Counted from the whole stretch's first letter, positions 49,209 through 59,534 are shown. The stretch is DNA of 63,602 bases, filler included, from Salisapilia sapeloensis CBS 127946 (GCA_023334545.1; 5 parts of 5 records of this genome joined end to end with filler, not necessarily neighbours in it); one strand, 5' to 3'. A program made the numbers and translations. The notes: generated from the sequence alone by a model not told the origin.

Positions 49209-50439
49209 GCACTTTTTTAAATTTCCGGTTTGAAAGACGTAGCTGGCAGTTGGAGAATGGAAAAATGTAGATACCGAAATACGTTGCCGACAGAAGCCAT
49301 CGAGCTAGAGAAGGTCGAGTGGCTTCCTACTGGTCTGGAAGATTTTTGAAGTGCGTAGAAATGTCGGGGCGGACTGCGACATCTGTCTTGGTTTAGTATA
49401 GTTTTTTATTTAAAAGTTTGTATGATTGTGGTGGTATAAATGCAGGACAGAAGAACCCATTTCGTCACTCGTCGCTTTTTGTATTTTTCAGGATCCTGGA
49501 CAGATGTACGTGCACAAGAGATGCTGGAGGGCGGATGGAGGTGAAAATTTGGCTGTAAGGTTTGGAAAGAGGTGTTCCAGAGGATGGAACTGATTTAGCT
49601 TCTTGTGGTATGTTCATGAATGTAAAAGCAATGCAATCTAGTAAGACAGTCGAACGTATAGGAGAAAATAGTTAGGTTTCATTGCCGATGCTTGACAATT
49701 CGTTTCGATAGAACTGGTGCACCAGAGGATTGCTACACTGGGTGAAGCTGTCGGCAAGGAGTATAAAAGTGATTATTATGTGTTTTAAAGTAGCTAAAGT
49801 CATTCTTGATACGCTTGCTCATGTTTTGATCGATCAAACGGAAATGGAGATGAATTTCGACTCGGAGTACTTTGATATCTACGCAACCAAACTTCACCGA
49901 CATGGACCGACCATTGTGTCATTTGAGCTGACTTATAGAGAACACTGAAATGAAGCACATTCGATGTGTATCTCTGCAGTTTAAAAACTACAAAGTGGCT
50001 TTTGCTTGTGATAACTTGACCGGGTACTTTTGCTTCCTCGCTGCCTCCTTACATTGAAGCAAGATAAGAGTACACACTTTAACTGGGAAGACTGTATTTC
50101 TAGAAATAAAGCGTTGAAAAGTCATTTTCGCTAATGAAGCTTATCCACGTGGGGAAATTTGAAGGCATGATATCCATTTTAAAGACTGTGCTGCAATATC
50201 CAAAGCCCATAGATCACCTAAAAAGCGTGATTGAAGGGTCACTATTGATGCAGGAGATAAGAGCAAGTCCGAGAGTGTGCAGAATCAAAATCGTTGAGGC
50301 GTCGACAGTGTGATCAGTAGCTGCATCGATGACTTGATCCATAAGACCATAAACTCTTAAGCGAAAAAAGTTAACATATATTTTAAAGCAATAATGCTGT
50401 AGCTAACGATCAAATGCACAATGGAAACAATATATTGCT

Positions 50440-50877
50440 TTAGTTTGGTTGATCGAAAGAGATACCAGTAATCTTCGTTTGAGAATTGCCGGTCTCATCA
50501 GGCAAAGCCTGGGAAATCTCCACGCGGTAGCGCTGTTCCTCTTCCTCCATGCAGTCCGTGCAAAAGCCGTCGGTGGTAGGAACAGCCATGCATCCAGTGA
50601 TTGTAGCAATGTAGTTCATACCAGCAACGACTTGCTGCATCATGGACTCCACTTCCACGACACATAGGTTGTCCTTATATTCAGCTGCATCGTCATCCCA
50701 TTTAGTATCGTCCCGAGCAATTGCTTGAGATACGATGTGAGTGGCTTCTTCCATGTCTTCAACGTCGTTCCATCCACCTAGCGCGACATATTGCTGCACA
50801 ATTCCTATTGGAATGGAGTTGGCGGCATGAGTGGTAACTACAAGTAGCGCGACGGATGCGAGAGTCTTCGTAAGCAT
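50440..50877 (-). CDS. Secreted cystatin-like cysteine protease inhibitor (EPIC family)
   Basis: Signal peptide, N-terminal GG (LGGWNDV), QxVxG motif QQVVAGMNY, and a Cys pair. Confidence 0.85.
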   Translation of the reverse strand: MLTKTLASVALLVVTTHAANSIPIGIVQQYVALGGWNDVEDMEEATHIVSQAIARDDTKWDDDAAEYKDNLCVVEVESMMQQVVAGMNYIATITGCMAVPTTDGFCTDCMEEEEQRYRVEISQALPDETGNSQTKITGISFDQPN

Positions 50878-50904
50878 GGTATGTCGATGTTGTTGTCAGC
50901 GGGC

Positions 50905-50918
50905 GAATTGGAGAATGA
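50905..50918 (-). promoter_or_regulatory. Oomycete INR+FPR core promoter of the cystatin gene
   Basis: Minus strand TCATTCTCCAATTC matches YCATTYYNCAWTTT at 13/14 positions, about 28 nt upstream of the ATG. Confidence 0.7.
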
Positions 50919-51826
50919 AAGGTGCACATACGAGATAGTGTTGAAAAAGGATCCGTTTGTAGATTGGTCGTTTCAAGATCTAGTTGCCATGATAAGACGC
51001 GCAAATTGTTCTGTTCATTTTTTTGTAGTTGATCTCGGAGAATAAGCACCTCCACCTCCCTGTGGGGAGATGAATACTCTGCTTTTAAACGTTTAGAGGA
51101 GTCTCATCCTTTCTGGTCGCTTTGAAACTGTAGCTCACTTTCAATTTCTCTTCTACTCCAGAGTTGTACTACAAGCCGTTGTCAGAGCCGTTTGGATAGC
51201 TCCAGGTAGAAGTCTTGGATGGTTACTCCAAAGTGTTTAGATAGCATCGAGTAGTTTCACATTTTCCTATAAGCATCCTAGCAGATCAATCTCTCTTCTT
51301 CACTTTTTTCGAAATGCTTCAACATACATCCAAGTTACCAGTCAACAAGAGTGCTCTATGAAAGGCAGAGAACTATTTCTATTACAATGTGGCACCTTCG
51401 GAGATGAAGCTCTAGTCTGGATAGACGTCGCGGCCCTAGCATCTAGCAAACATACAGTGGACTGATATGCTAGCCATAACTCGCGGGTTACGTAAGAACC
51501 GACATCAGTACATGCGTGATCGAAATGCATTTAGTGTTTAAATCTGTCTTATCCGAAACAGTGTCTACTTCATGTGGTATTCGGGAAACTGCATGCCCTC
51601 GTGATTGCCTAGAATGATTATAGCGTATGAGGCCGGGGAAAGTAGTTCAAAAGTGAGTGTAGCAATCGACGCATAGTACAAGTATGCCATACCGATCAAT
51701 ATGGGCAAACTCATATTAATACTAGCCGTCAACGCGTACAAAAGATAGCAAGCAGACACTGCTTTCTTGGCAAATAAAAGTATGTTCTATATGACCTTAG
51801 ATCTGTTATCGAGTAGTCCGACCAGT

Positions 51827-52969
51827 TTAGTTCTGTAGATACTTGGACCCGTACTCGGTCTCCTCGAGGAACGGGTAGTCTGTGTATCCTTTCTCGCCAG
51901 CCAAGTAAGACGTCTTGCGGTCAAACTCGTTCAGCGGCGCGTCGAGTTCCAATCGCTTCACCAGGTCCGGGTTCGCGATGAAAGCACGACCCCAAGCAAC
52001 GAGGTCAGCATCTTCGTTCTCAACGGTTTCAATGGCTTCATCGCGACCGAAATTCGAAGAAGTAATTAAGGCACCATTGTACATCGAGCGGTAGTACTTG
52101 GTCACGCCCTCTTTCGGAAGTGAGTGTGTCGTTTCGTGGAACCCACGGGGCTCAATTACGTGGAGATAGGCCAAGTTGTAGTCATTGAGCTTTTTCACGA
52201 CGTGCGAATAAATTGCGTCTGGGTTCGAGTCCGTTGTTCCCAAGGTCTGTCCAAAAGGTGACAAACGAATGCCGACGCGACTGGAACCAGCCTCTTTAAC
52301 TACAGCATCCAACACTTCGAACACGAAACGAGCGCGATTTTCAACCGAGCCACCATATTTGTCGGTACGGTTGTTGACGTTGTCGCAGAGGAACTGCTCC
52401 AAGAGGTATCCGTTAGCGGAGTGGACCTCGACACCGTCGAATCCGGCCTTGAGCGCCATTGCCGTCGAGTGACGGAAGTCTTCGATCACTTGGGGAATTT
52501 CATGAATTTCAAGCGGACGAGGAACAGAGTACTCCTTTCGGCCTTCAGGGGTCACTGCCCAGCTAGGCGTGTCTGCACGAATGTTGCTAGAAGACACAGG
52601 AGCCTGATTGTTCGGCAGATTGGAAGTGTGGCTCACACGGCCAGAGTGGAAGAGCTGAAGAAAGATTTTTCCTCCTTTGTCATGGATTGCTTTCGTCACA
52701 GGTTTCCACGACTCGACTTGGGAGTCCGTGTAGATACCGGGAGACCGGTAGTAGCCCTTGGCAGTGTCACTGATGTTGACTGCTTCAGACACGATCAGAC
52801 CGCCATCCGTTGATCGTTGGCCGTAGTAAGTGGCAGCAATGGCAGGCTGTTCTCCAGCATCATTGGCACGAAGACGAGTGCACGGAGCGTACGTGACACG
52901 GTGCTTGAGCTCTATCGGGTTCTTGCCTCCGAGCTTGAAGGGAGTGAAAAGTTTCGGTGTAGTGGACAT
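51827..52969 (-). CDS. Old yellow enzyme / NADH:flavin oxidoreductase (12-oxophytodienoate-reductase-like)
   Basis: LKHRVTYAPCTRLRA, YYGQRS..GGLIVSE, GFDGVEVHSANGYLLEQF, NNRTDKYGGSVENRARF, RVGIRLSPF, DLVAWGRAFIANPDLV, GYTDYP. Confidence 0.95.
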   Translation of the reverse strand: MSTTPKLFTPFKLGGKNPIELKHRVTYAPCTRLRANDAGEQPAIAATYYGQRSTDGGLIVSEAVNISDTAKGYYRSPGIYTDSQVESWKPVTKAIHDKGGKIFLQLFHSGRVSHTSNLPNNQAPVSSSNIRADTPSWAVTPEGRKEYSVPRPLEIHEIPQVIEDFRHSTAMALKAGFDGVEVHSANGYLLEQFLCDNVNNRTDKYGGSVENRARFVFEVLDAVVKEAGSSRVGIRLSPFGQTLGTTDSNPDAIYSHVVKKLNDYNLAYLHVIEPRGFHETTHSLPKEGVTKYYRSMYNGALITSSNFGRDEAIETVENEDADLVAWGRAFIANPDLVKRLELDAPLNEFDRKTSYLAGEKGYTDYPFLEETEYGSKYLQN

Positions 52970-52985
52970 TTTTACTGTTAATACT

Positions 52986-53001
52986 GCAAATTCGTAAATG
53001 G
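52986..53001 (-). promoter_or_regulatory. INR+FPR core promoter of the OYE gene
   Basis: Minus strand CCATTTACGAATTTGC (INR-like CCATTT + FPR AATTTGC) just upstream of the ATG at 52969. Confidence 0.55.
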
Positions 53002-53364
53002 GTTTCTCAGTTCCATGTCTACGCTTCTGGAAGAAGCTAAGTCGCCAGATGCGATATCAAAATGTTTAACAAATCATGATGTCCATTCACATTTGGAGAG
53101 ACGTTGAGATCACCTTTTCGACTGGACTATAGCGAACAAGCGACTGGAACACGCTTAAATGACACATCTCGACAGACTCAACGCTAAAAATATGCCTTTT
53201 GCTTGTGAAACTTGTACCAGTGCATACGCTTCCGCTCCTTTATTGCCCTATGATAGTAAAACTGGATAAGAGTACACGCTTGAGCGGAAAAGTAATGTAA
53301 TTAATTGAAAAGCGTTTCAAGATCACTTTCACTAGTCGAGCTCTTCCAAATGAAACTTCAAGAA

Positions 53365-53545
53365 GTGGCATCTAACTCGGACGCTATGCTGCAAGAGCCA
53401 CAGATGGTGGATGTCGTCAAGCGAGTGACGGAGAGGCCGTTGCTGACATGGGGAGACCAAAACACTAGTCACGAGAGTGTGCAGAATCAAAAGCGTCGGG
53501 GTGTCGACGGTGTGATCAGTGACAACATTGGTGACTTGCTCCGAC
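53365..53545 (+). repeat. Right arm of inverted terminal repeat: duplicated 3' end of the GDPD gene
   Basis: Encodes VASNSDAMLQEPQMVDVVKRVTERPLLTWGDQN...IGDLLR, 179/181 nt identical to the left arm. Decayed similarity continues upstream (LVELFQMKLQEV vs AVEFVRMEQLQGV). Confidence 0.95.
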
Positions 53546-53645
53546 NNNNNNNNNNNNNNNNNNNNNNNNNNNNNNNNNNNNNNNNNNNNTTAATTAATTA
53601 ANNNNNNNNNNNNNNNNNNNNNNNNNNNNNNNNNNNNNNNNNNNN
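53546..53645. other. Artificial contig linker
   Basis: N44-TTAATTAATTAA-N44. Confidence 0.98.
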
Positions 53646-53651
53646 TCACGC

Positions 53652-55685
53652 TTATCCTGTGATGACTCGTACGGTGCCGAGGGACGCGATGGTGTGTGCA
53701 AAGTCGTGGGAAGGCTGCTTGATGAACATGAGGTTGCGCGGCTGGTTGTACGTCTTGGAGAGCCACTCGACCATGGCGGGGCCGAACTCGCCCTTGACGC
53801 TCAGAGCGTCCACTTTGAGCCGCAGGTAGATGTGGTCGAAGAGCGCGACCATCTCCTCGAAGCCCTCGGACACCGAGTCCTCCGAGAAGCAGTTCACCAC
53901 CACCAAGCGTCTCGTCTGCTCATTCGTGCGCACGTACAGGATGGCCTTGTTGATCGTCGACAGGTTCGGCCGCTTGCAGAAGAAGAAGATGGCGGGCTCG
54001 TTCACGGACCGAATGGCCCGCACGATCGTCTGCCCTCCTCTGGCCCCAGTCCTGGGGTTCAGCAACTGCTCCGCTTCCTCCCGGTTCGGGTCCAGCGCCG
54101 CCGCTGCCTCTAGCGCTCGCGAAGGACACAGCGACCGGAGGCAGTAGAGACTCACGCGCAGGATAAAGGTCCGCTGGAACATGAGGAAGACCAGCAGCAG
54201 CACCGACAAAAAGTAGAGCGCAAAGTACGTCAGCACCGTCGGGTCTCCCAGCAGGTTGCCGAGCAGCGTCGCGAAGACGACGGTCACGGCCAAGAGGCAG
54301 CTCCACCACGGAGCCACCGTATCTCTCGGCAGATCCGCGCGCTTGAACTTGAGCAGCATGCAGCCGGAGCCGAAGAGCAGCATCAGGCCCAGGAAGGCGT
54401 ACGTGTACACGCCCGACAGCGTCTCCGTGTCTCCATGCAGCACCAGCACGAGGCTGGACGAGATCAAAAGGTACGTCAGGATGATGTAGTGGTTGGTGCC
54501 TCGCCAGCGGTTCGTCTCCAGCAGAAAGGAGGGCAGCACTCGGTCGCTCGCCAGCCGTCGGACCAGACCCACGACGCCCACGTACGCCGTCAGCACTGCT
54601 CCCGACAGCACCACGAACGCGTCGACGGCCACGAGCGTCTGCATCATCTCTCCGCCCACCTCCAGTCCGAGCTGAGCCAGCACCGTCGTCTTGTGCGCCA
54701 GCAGACCGTCCGGAGAGTAGAGCGGGAGGACGCCGAGGGACAAGAAGGAGATGAGCGGGTTGAAGATGGCGACGCCCCACCACATATTCCGCAGCGTCTT
54801 GGGAAACACACCCGGCGCCTGCTCCTCCACGAACTGCGAAGAGGACTCGAAGCCAGAGATGCCGAGCATGGCCGTCGACGCGCCGAAGAAGAGGGCTGTG
54901 AGCCAGTTGCCTTGGATGATGGTGCCGGCGAGGTCGATGGGAGGGAAGTCGGTGTCCCAGTTGGCGCTCAGGATCTCGAAGCCGTCGCTCAGGATGTACC
55001 GGACGGACAGGATGCAGAGCGCAGAGAGCGTGAGGCCATGCAGGATGAAGATGCCGAGGGCCACGACGGCGCTCTCGGCGATGCCGATGAGCATGAGGAC
55101 GGCAAAGAGCAGCAGCAGTCCTAGTGTCGCCGGCACGATCGGCAGCGACGGAAGCAGAGACGCCAGGTAGTTGCACGCAGAGGACCCCGAGACCACGCCC
55201 GTTGCCAGGTAGGACAGGAGGGCGAGCGACGCTGCCACCGAGGCGATGCGCTTGGTCGTGGTGTTCAAAAGGACGTTGTACGAGCCGCCGTTCATCGGGA
55301 TGGCAGCCAGCACCTCGCCGTAGATGGAGCGGTACAGGTGCAGCAGCCCCACCACGATGAGCAGCGACACTGGCGCCAGCACACCAGCCTTCCCTGCGAC
55401 GAGGCCGGAGACGTACAGACAGCTGGACAGGATGTCGTTACCACAGATAGCCGTCGCGAGCCACTCGGACAGCTTCAGGTGCGGCTTCGCCAGCGTCTGC
55501 TCGATCTCGGCCAGCTCACTCGGGTCCGCAGTGATGGACGAGCTGGATCCCCACCCTGGGAACTCCCACGGCCGCAGCGGCGCAGTGTCGTCCTCGTCCA
55601 CATTCAGCTGGAGAGACCGGAGCTTGGCTTCCAGCTTGGCGTTCGCCTGGCGTTCATCCGTCGGCACTGACCCGTAGTCGGACAT
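53652..55685 (-). CDS. APC-superfamily amino acid/polyamine permease with C-terminal cytosolic domain
   Basis: About 12 TM segments; WLATAICGNDILSSCLYVS, YGEVLAAIPMNGGSYNVLLNT, GISGFESSSQFVEEQAPGVFPKTLRNM, VDAFVVLSGAVLTAYVGV. Intronless and GC-rich. Confidence 0.93.
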   Translation of the reverse strand: MSDYGSVPTDERQANAKLEAKLRSLQLNVDEDDTAPLRPWEFPGWGSSSSITADPSELAEIEQTLAKPHLKLSEWLATAICGNDILSSCLYVSGLVAGKAGVLAPVSLLIVVGLLHLYRSIYGEVLAAIPMNGGSYNVLLNTTTKRIASVAASLALLSYLATGVVSGSSACNYLASLLPSLPIVPATLGLLLLFAVLMLIGIAESAVVALGIFILHGLTLSALCILSVRYILSDGFEILSANWDTDFPPIDLAGTIIQGNWLTALFFGASTAMLGISGFESSSQFVEEQAPGVFPKTLRNMWWGVAIFNPLISFLSLGVLPLYSPDGLLAHKTTVLAQLGLEVGGEMMQTLVAVDAFVVLSGAVLTAYVGVVGLVRRLASDRVLPSFLLETNRWRGTNHYIILTYLLISSSLVLVLHGDTETLSGVYTYAFLGLMLLFGSGCMLLKFKRADLPRDTVAPWWSCLLAVTVVFATLLGNLLGDPTVLTYFALYFLSVLLLVFLMFQRTFILRVSLYCLRSLCPSRALEAAAALDPNREEAEQLLNPRTGARGGQTIVRAIRSVNEPAIFFFCKRPNLSTINKAILYVRTNEQTRRLVVVNCFSEDSVSEGFEEMVALFDHIYLRLKVDALSVKGEFGPAMVEWLSKTYNQPRNLMFIKQPSHDFAHTIASLGTVRVITG

Positions 55686-55895
55686 GTCACCGTCGGCGCG
55701 ATAGGACTAGACTAGAGGCACTAGCACTGGATTCCCTCGCGTCAGGAAGAGGAGGATGTCGGATGCGGATGGACGGATCGAGGGTGGATCTTGAAGAGGA
55801 GGACGGACGGAGACTGGCGGAAAAGATCCGATGGCAGCATTTGGTGCGTAGAGACATCGGAATCAGATCGACAGCTCTGCGCATGAGGCACCACG

Positions 55896-56606
55896 ATGCT
55901 CCGTCAGCGCTGCCTCTACTTTATCACGCCGCCGCTGACCAGTCTGACGAAGGAGGCGCTGCAGACGGAAGCAGACGCACTTGTGAATACGGTTTATGAG
56001 GCAGTAAGAGGAGGCGTGGACTTGGTGCAGTGGCGCCAGAAGCCTCGGTCCGAGCTGGACGAGGCCACTGTCGACGTGCTCCTGCCTGCCGCGAAGAGGG
56101 TGCGCCAGATCACCCGCGACCTGGACGTCCCGCTCATCGTGAACGACTCCCTGGAGCTCGCTTTGCAACTGGAGGCAGACGGCATCCATCTGGGTCAGCA
56201 GGATCTGTCGCTGACGGACCTCCATGCCAAGTTACATCACATTGATAACCAGCCCTTCCTCATCGGAGCCACCGTACGCAATGCAGAACAAGCGCGAGCA
56301 GCGTGTGAAGCAGGGGCGTCGTACCTCGGAGCTGGTCCGGTCTTCCGATCGTCCACCAAACCAAGTGCGAACGACGGTGTGCTTATCGGACTGGAGGGAC
56401 TGAAGGAGTGCTCCGTGGCAGCAAACGAATACGGTGTTCCGGTCTTTGCTATCAGTGGTGTGGATGAAACCGAAAACAAAGTCCAAAAGTGCATCTACGA
56501 CGGGTTTGCGAATGGCGTGGCAGTCATCGCAGCCATCAGCAGCAAGCATGACCCCACCGAGGCTGCCAAGATACTCAGACAACAAGTTCTGGAAGCAAAG
56601 AATGCA
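55896..56606 (+). CDS. thiE: Thiamine-phosphate synthase (monofunctional ThiE type); last codons lost at contig end
   Basis: LYFIT, GGVDLVQWRQK, PLIVNDSLELA...ADGIHLGQQD, IGATV, YLGAGPVFRSSTK, PVFAISGV, GVAVIAAI. Confidence 0.93.
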
Positions 56607-56706
56607 NNNNNNNNNNNNNNNNNNNNNNNNNNNNNNNNNNNNNNNNNNNNTTAATTAATTAANNNNNNNNNNNNNNNNNNNNNNNNNNNNNNNNNNNNNN
56701 NNNNNN
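56607..56706. other. Artificial contig linker
   Basis: N44-TTAATTAATTAA-N44. Confidence 0.98.
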
Positions 56707-58047
56707 ATGGGCAAGGAAAAGACACACGTTTCTCTCGTCGTGATCGGTCACGTCGATGCCGGCAAGTCGACGACCACGGGTCACTTGATCTACAAGTGCG
56801 GTGGTATTGACAAGCGTACGATCGAGAAGTTCGAGAAGGAGGCTGCCGAGCTCGGTAAGACGTCTTTCAAGTACGCCTGGGTGCTGGACAACCTCAAGGC
56901 CGAGCGTGAGCGTGGTATCACGATCGACATTGCCCTGTGGAAGTTCGAGTCGCCGAACTACGCTTTCACGGTCATTGACGCCCCTGGTCACCGTGACTTT
57001 ATCAAGAACATGATTACGGGTACGTCGCAGGCCGACTGCGCCGTCCTTGTGGTTGCCTCTGGTGTGGGCGAGTTCGAGGCTGGTATCTCCAAGGAGGGCC
57101 AGACGCGTGAGCACGCTCTGCTCGCGTACACGCTCGGTGTCCGTCAGATGATCGTTGCCATCAACAAGATGGACGACGGCTCTGTTATGTACGGCGAGGG
57201 CCGTTACACGGAGATCAAGACGGAAGTGAGCACGTACCTGAAGAAGGTCGGTTACAAGCCGGCCAAGATCCCGTTCGTGCCGATCTCCGGCTGGGAGGGT
57301 GACAACATGATCGAGAAGTCTGGCAACATGCCGTGGTACAAGGGACCGTGCCTCCTCGAGGCCCTCGACAACCTGAACCCGCCGAAGCGCCCGAGCGACA
57401 AGCCGCTCCGTCTTCCGCTCCAGGATGTTTACAAGATCGGTGGTATCGGAACGGTTCCGGTGGGCCGTGTCGAGACCGGTATCTTGAAGCCGGGCATCGT
57501 GGCCCAGTTCGGCCCGGTCGGCCTCCAGACGGAAATCAAGTCCGTCGAGATGCACCACGAGTCGCTCGCCGAGGCTGTTCCTGGTGACAACGTTGGTTTC
57601 AACGTCAAGAACGTCAGCGTCAAGGAGCTCCGTCGTGGTTTCGTGTGCTCTGACTCCAAGCAGGACCCTGCCAAGGGCACTGCCAACTTCACGGCCCAGG
57701 TCATCGTGATGAACCACCCTGGCCAGATCAGCAACGGTTACTCTCCGGTGTTGGACTGCCACACGGCCCACGTTGCGTGCAAGTTCAAGGAGATCACGGA
57801 GAAGATGGACCGTCGTTCCGGTAAGGTTTTGGAGACGAACCCCAAGTTCGTCAAGGCCGGAGACGCGTGCATCGTCGTCCTCGAGCCGTCGAAGCCGATG
57901 ACGGTCGAGACGTTCGTCGAGTACCCGCCGCTCGGCCGTTTCGCCGTCCGTGACATGCGTCAGACGGTCGCCGTCGGTGTCGTCAAGGCTGTCGAGAAGA
58001 AGGAGGCCGCTGGCAAGACCACCAAGTCTGCTGCCAAGAAGAAGTAA
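56707..58047 (+). CDS. EEF1A: Translation elongation factor 1-alpha
   Basis: [45 protein letters not shown]. Oomycete-type [12 protein letters not shown]. Confidence 0.99.
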   Translation: MGKEKTHVSLVVIGHVDAGKSTTTGHLIYKCGGIDKRTIEKFEKEAAELGKTSFKYAWVLDNLKAERERGITIDIALWKFESPNYAFTVIDAPGHRDFIKNMITGTSQADCAVLVVASGVGEFEAGISKEGQTREHALLAYTLGVRQMIVAINKMDDGSVMYGEGRYTEIKTEVSTYLKKVGYKPAKIPFVPISGWEGDNMIEKSGNMPWYKGPCLLEALDNLNPPKRPSDKPLRLPLQDVYKIGGIGTVPVGRVETGILKPGIVAQFGPVGLQTEIKSVEMHHESLAEAVPGDNVGFNVKNVSVKELRRGFVCSDSKQDPAKGTANFTAQVIVMNHPGQISNGYSPVLDCHTAHVACKFKEITEKMDRRSGKVLETNPKFVKAGDACIVVLEPSKPMTVETFVEYPPLGRFAVRDMRQTVAVGVVKAVEKKEAAGKTTKSAAKKK

Positions 58048-58280
58048 TTGGGTTTCCTTGCAAGAGCTTCGCCTGTGCCTCGGTCTGCCTTCTCTCGCCT
58101 TTAGCTTCGTAGATACCTAATCAATGCTATGGAAGGAGAGGAATCGCATTTACATCTTTCGTTTTTCATTCGTGTTGTGATTGTTCGGTCGGTTGTCCTG
58201 GTCTCGTGGACGGATCTTGAGGAGCTTCGTCTGGGCGCCTCGGCTATCGTCCGCTCACTTGAGAAATCCTGCTAGGAGAC

Positions 58281-59534
58281 ATGCCGCAAGGAGCTTCCCC
58301 GACCTTCTTGGAGACCGTCGAGCGCCTGCCGCTGCTGCACTCGGGCGTGAAAGGCTCCTTTGCCAACGAATCCTACGCGAGTCGGCTGCCAAACCTCCTT
58401 CGAGACGTCGTCGAGCTCAATCGGCAAGACCTGGACGACGCCCAGCAGACGCGCCTCCTGTCGCTCGCAGACGACCTGGTCAACGACGGCCGCGTGCCAC
58501 TGCCGTCCGAGTTTCCATATGACCAGAGAGGGCCGTCGAGCGAGCACTGGCAAAGGCTGCTGCAGGACAAGGACTATACGTGGCAGAACTCGTGGTGGTT
58601 TCTGAACGAGCAGTACCTCTTCCACCTCGTGCTCGTTATCTCCGGTTACTACTCGACCGGCTTCGACCCGTTCCACCGGAGCAAGGTCAAGGAGCTGAAT
58701 GAAAGCGGACCGTGGACGCTCCTGCAGAACGCCATCGGCGTCTCGTACAAGAGCGATGGCGAGTCGTCGGCCCACGGCCAGCTGCAGAGGCTCATGAAGC
58801 TGTGTCTGTGGGGCAACAAGGCGGACGGGTGCTACCAGGAGGTGAAGGACACGGTGAGCGGCGTGGATGCGACGCTGGCGGTGGAGGACGAGTACCTGCT
58901 GGTGGACGACAGCGACAGGACCATCGGACACCTGGAGCGGCTCGGCCAGGAGAAGACGCACGTCCAGTTCATCAACGACAATGCGGGCACGGAGATCCTG
59001 CTGGACCTGGCGCTCGCGGACCACTTGCTGACAAAGGGCTGGAGTCGGAAGGTGACGCTCAACGTCAAGGAGGAGCCCATGTACGTGTCGGACGCGACTG
59101 CGAGGGACGTGAGGGAGCACATCGACGCGATGCAGGAGGAGGGCAGGACGAAGGAGATCCGGGAGCTCGGCGAGAGGCTAGCTGGGTACGTGGAGAGCGA
59201 GCGGCTGGAAGTGGTTTCCGATCGCTTCTGGAACCTGTACACGTTCTACTGGGAGCTCCCGGACGCGCTGTTCGACCGACTGCGACAGGAGGCGTCGCTC
59301 GTGGTCCTCAAGGGAGATCTGAACTATCGCCGCTTGCTGGGCGACCGAGACTGGCCGGTGTCGACGCCGGTGGAGGAAGCGATGCCCTACTTTCCGTCGC
59401 CGCTGGTGTGCTTCCGGACGCTCAAGTCAGACCCGATCGTCGGCATCCCGGCGGACACTGCGGCGCAGCTGAACGAGGAGGACCCGAGGTGGAGGTTCAA
59501 CGGCAAGCGCGGCATCATCCAGAGCGTGCTGTAA
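58281..59534 (+). CDS. ARMT1/DUF89 damage-control metabolite phosphatase
   Basis: FDPFHRSK, LWGNKAD, FINDNAGTEILLDL, PMYVSD, FWNLY, KGDLNYRRLLGDRDW, RTLKSD. Confidence 0.93.
   Translation: MPQGASPTFLETVERLPLLHSGVKGSFANESYASRLPNLLRDVVELNRQDLDDAQQTRLLSLADDLVNDGRVPLPSEFPYDQRGPSSEHWQRLLQDKDYTWQNSWWFLNEQYLFHLVLVISGYYSTGFDPFHRSKVKELNESGPWTLLQNAIGVSYKSDGESSAHGQLQRLMKLCLWGNKADGCYQEVKDTVSGVDATLAVEDEYLLVDDSDRTIGHLERLGQEKTHVQFINDNAGTEILLDLALADHLLTKGWSRKVTLNVKEEPMYVSDATARDVREHIDAMQEEGRTKEIRELGERLAGYVESERLEVVSDRFWNLYTFYWELPDALFDRLRQEASLVVLKGDLNYRRLLGDRDWPVSTPVEEAMPYFPSPLVCFRTLKSDPIVGIPADTAAQLNEEDPRWRFNGKRGIIQSVL

Noticed and set aside
55686-55895. TPP riboswitch between the APC permease and thiE (minus strand CCTGACGCGAGGGAA resembles the aptamer 3' end)
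   Set aside because: No CTGAGA pyrimidine-sensor motif and no P5 stem-loop between CCTGA and GCGAGGGA. An Infernal search with the TPP model would settle it.
55896-58047. thiE next to EF-1alpha (and DPH4 next to TMEM94, OYE next to APC) as gene clusters
   Set aside because: These pairs are separated by artificial linkers, so true adjacency is unknown.
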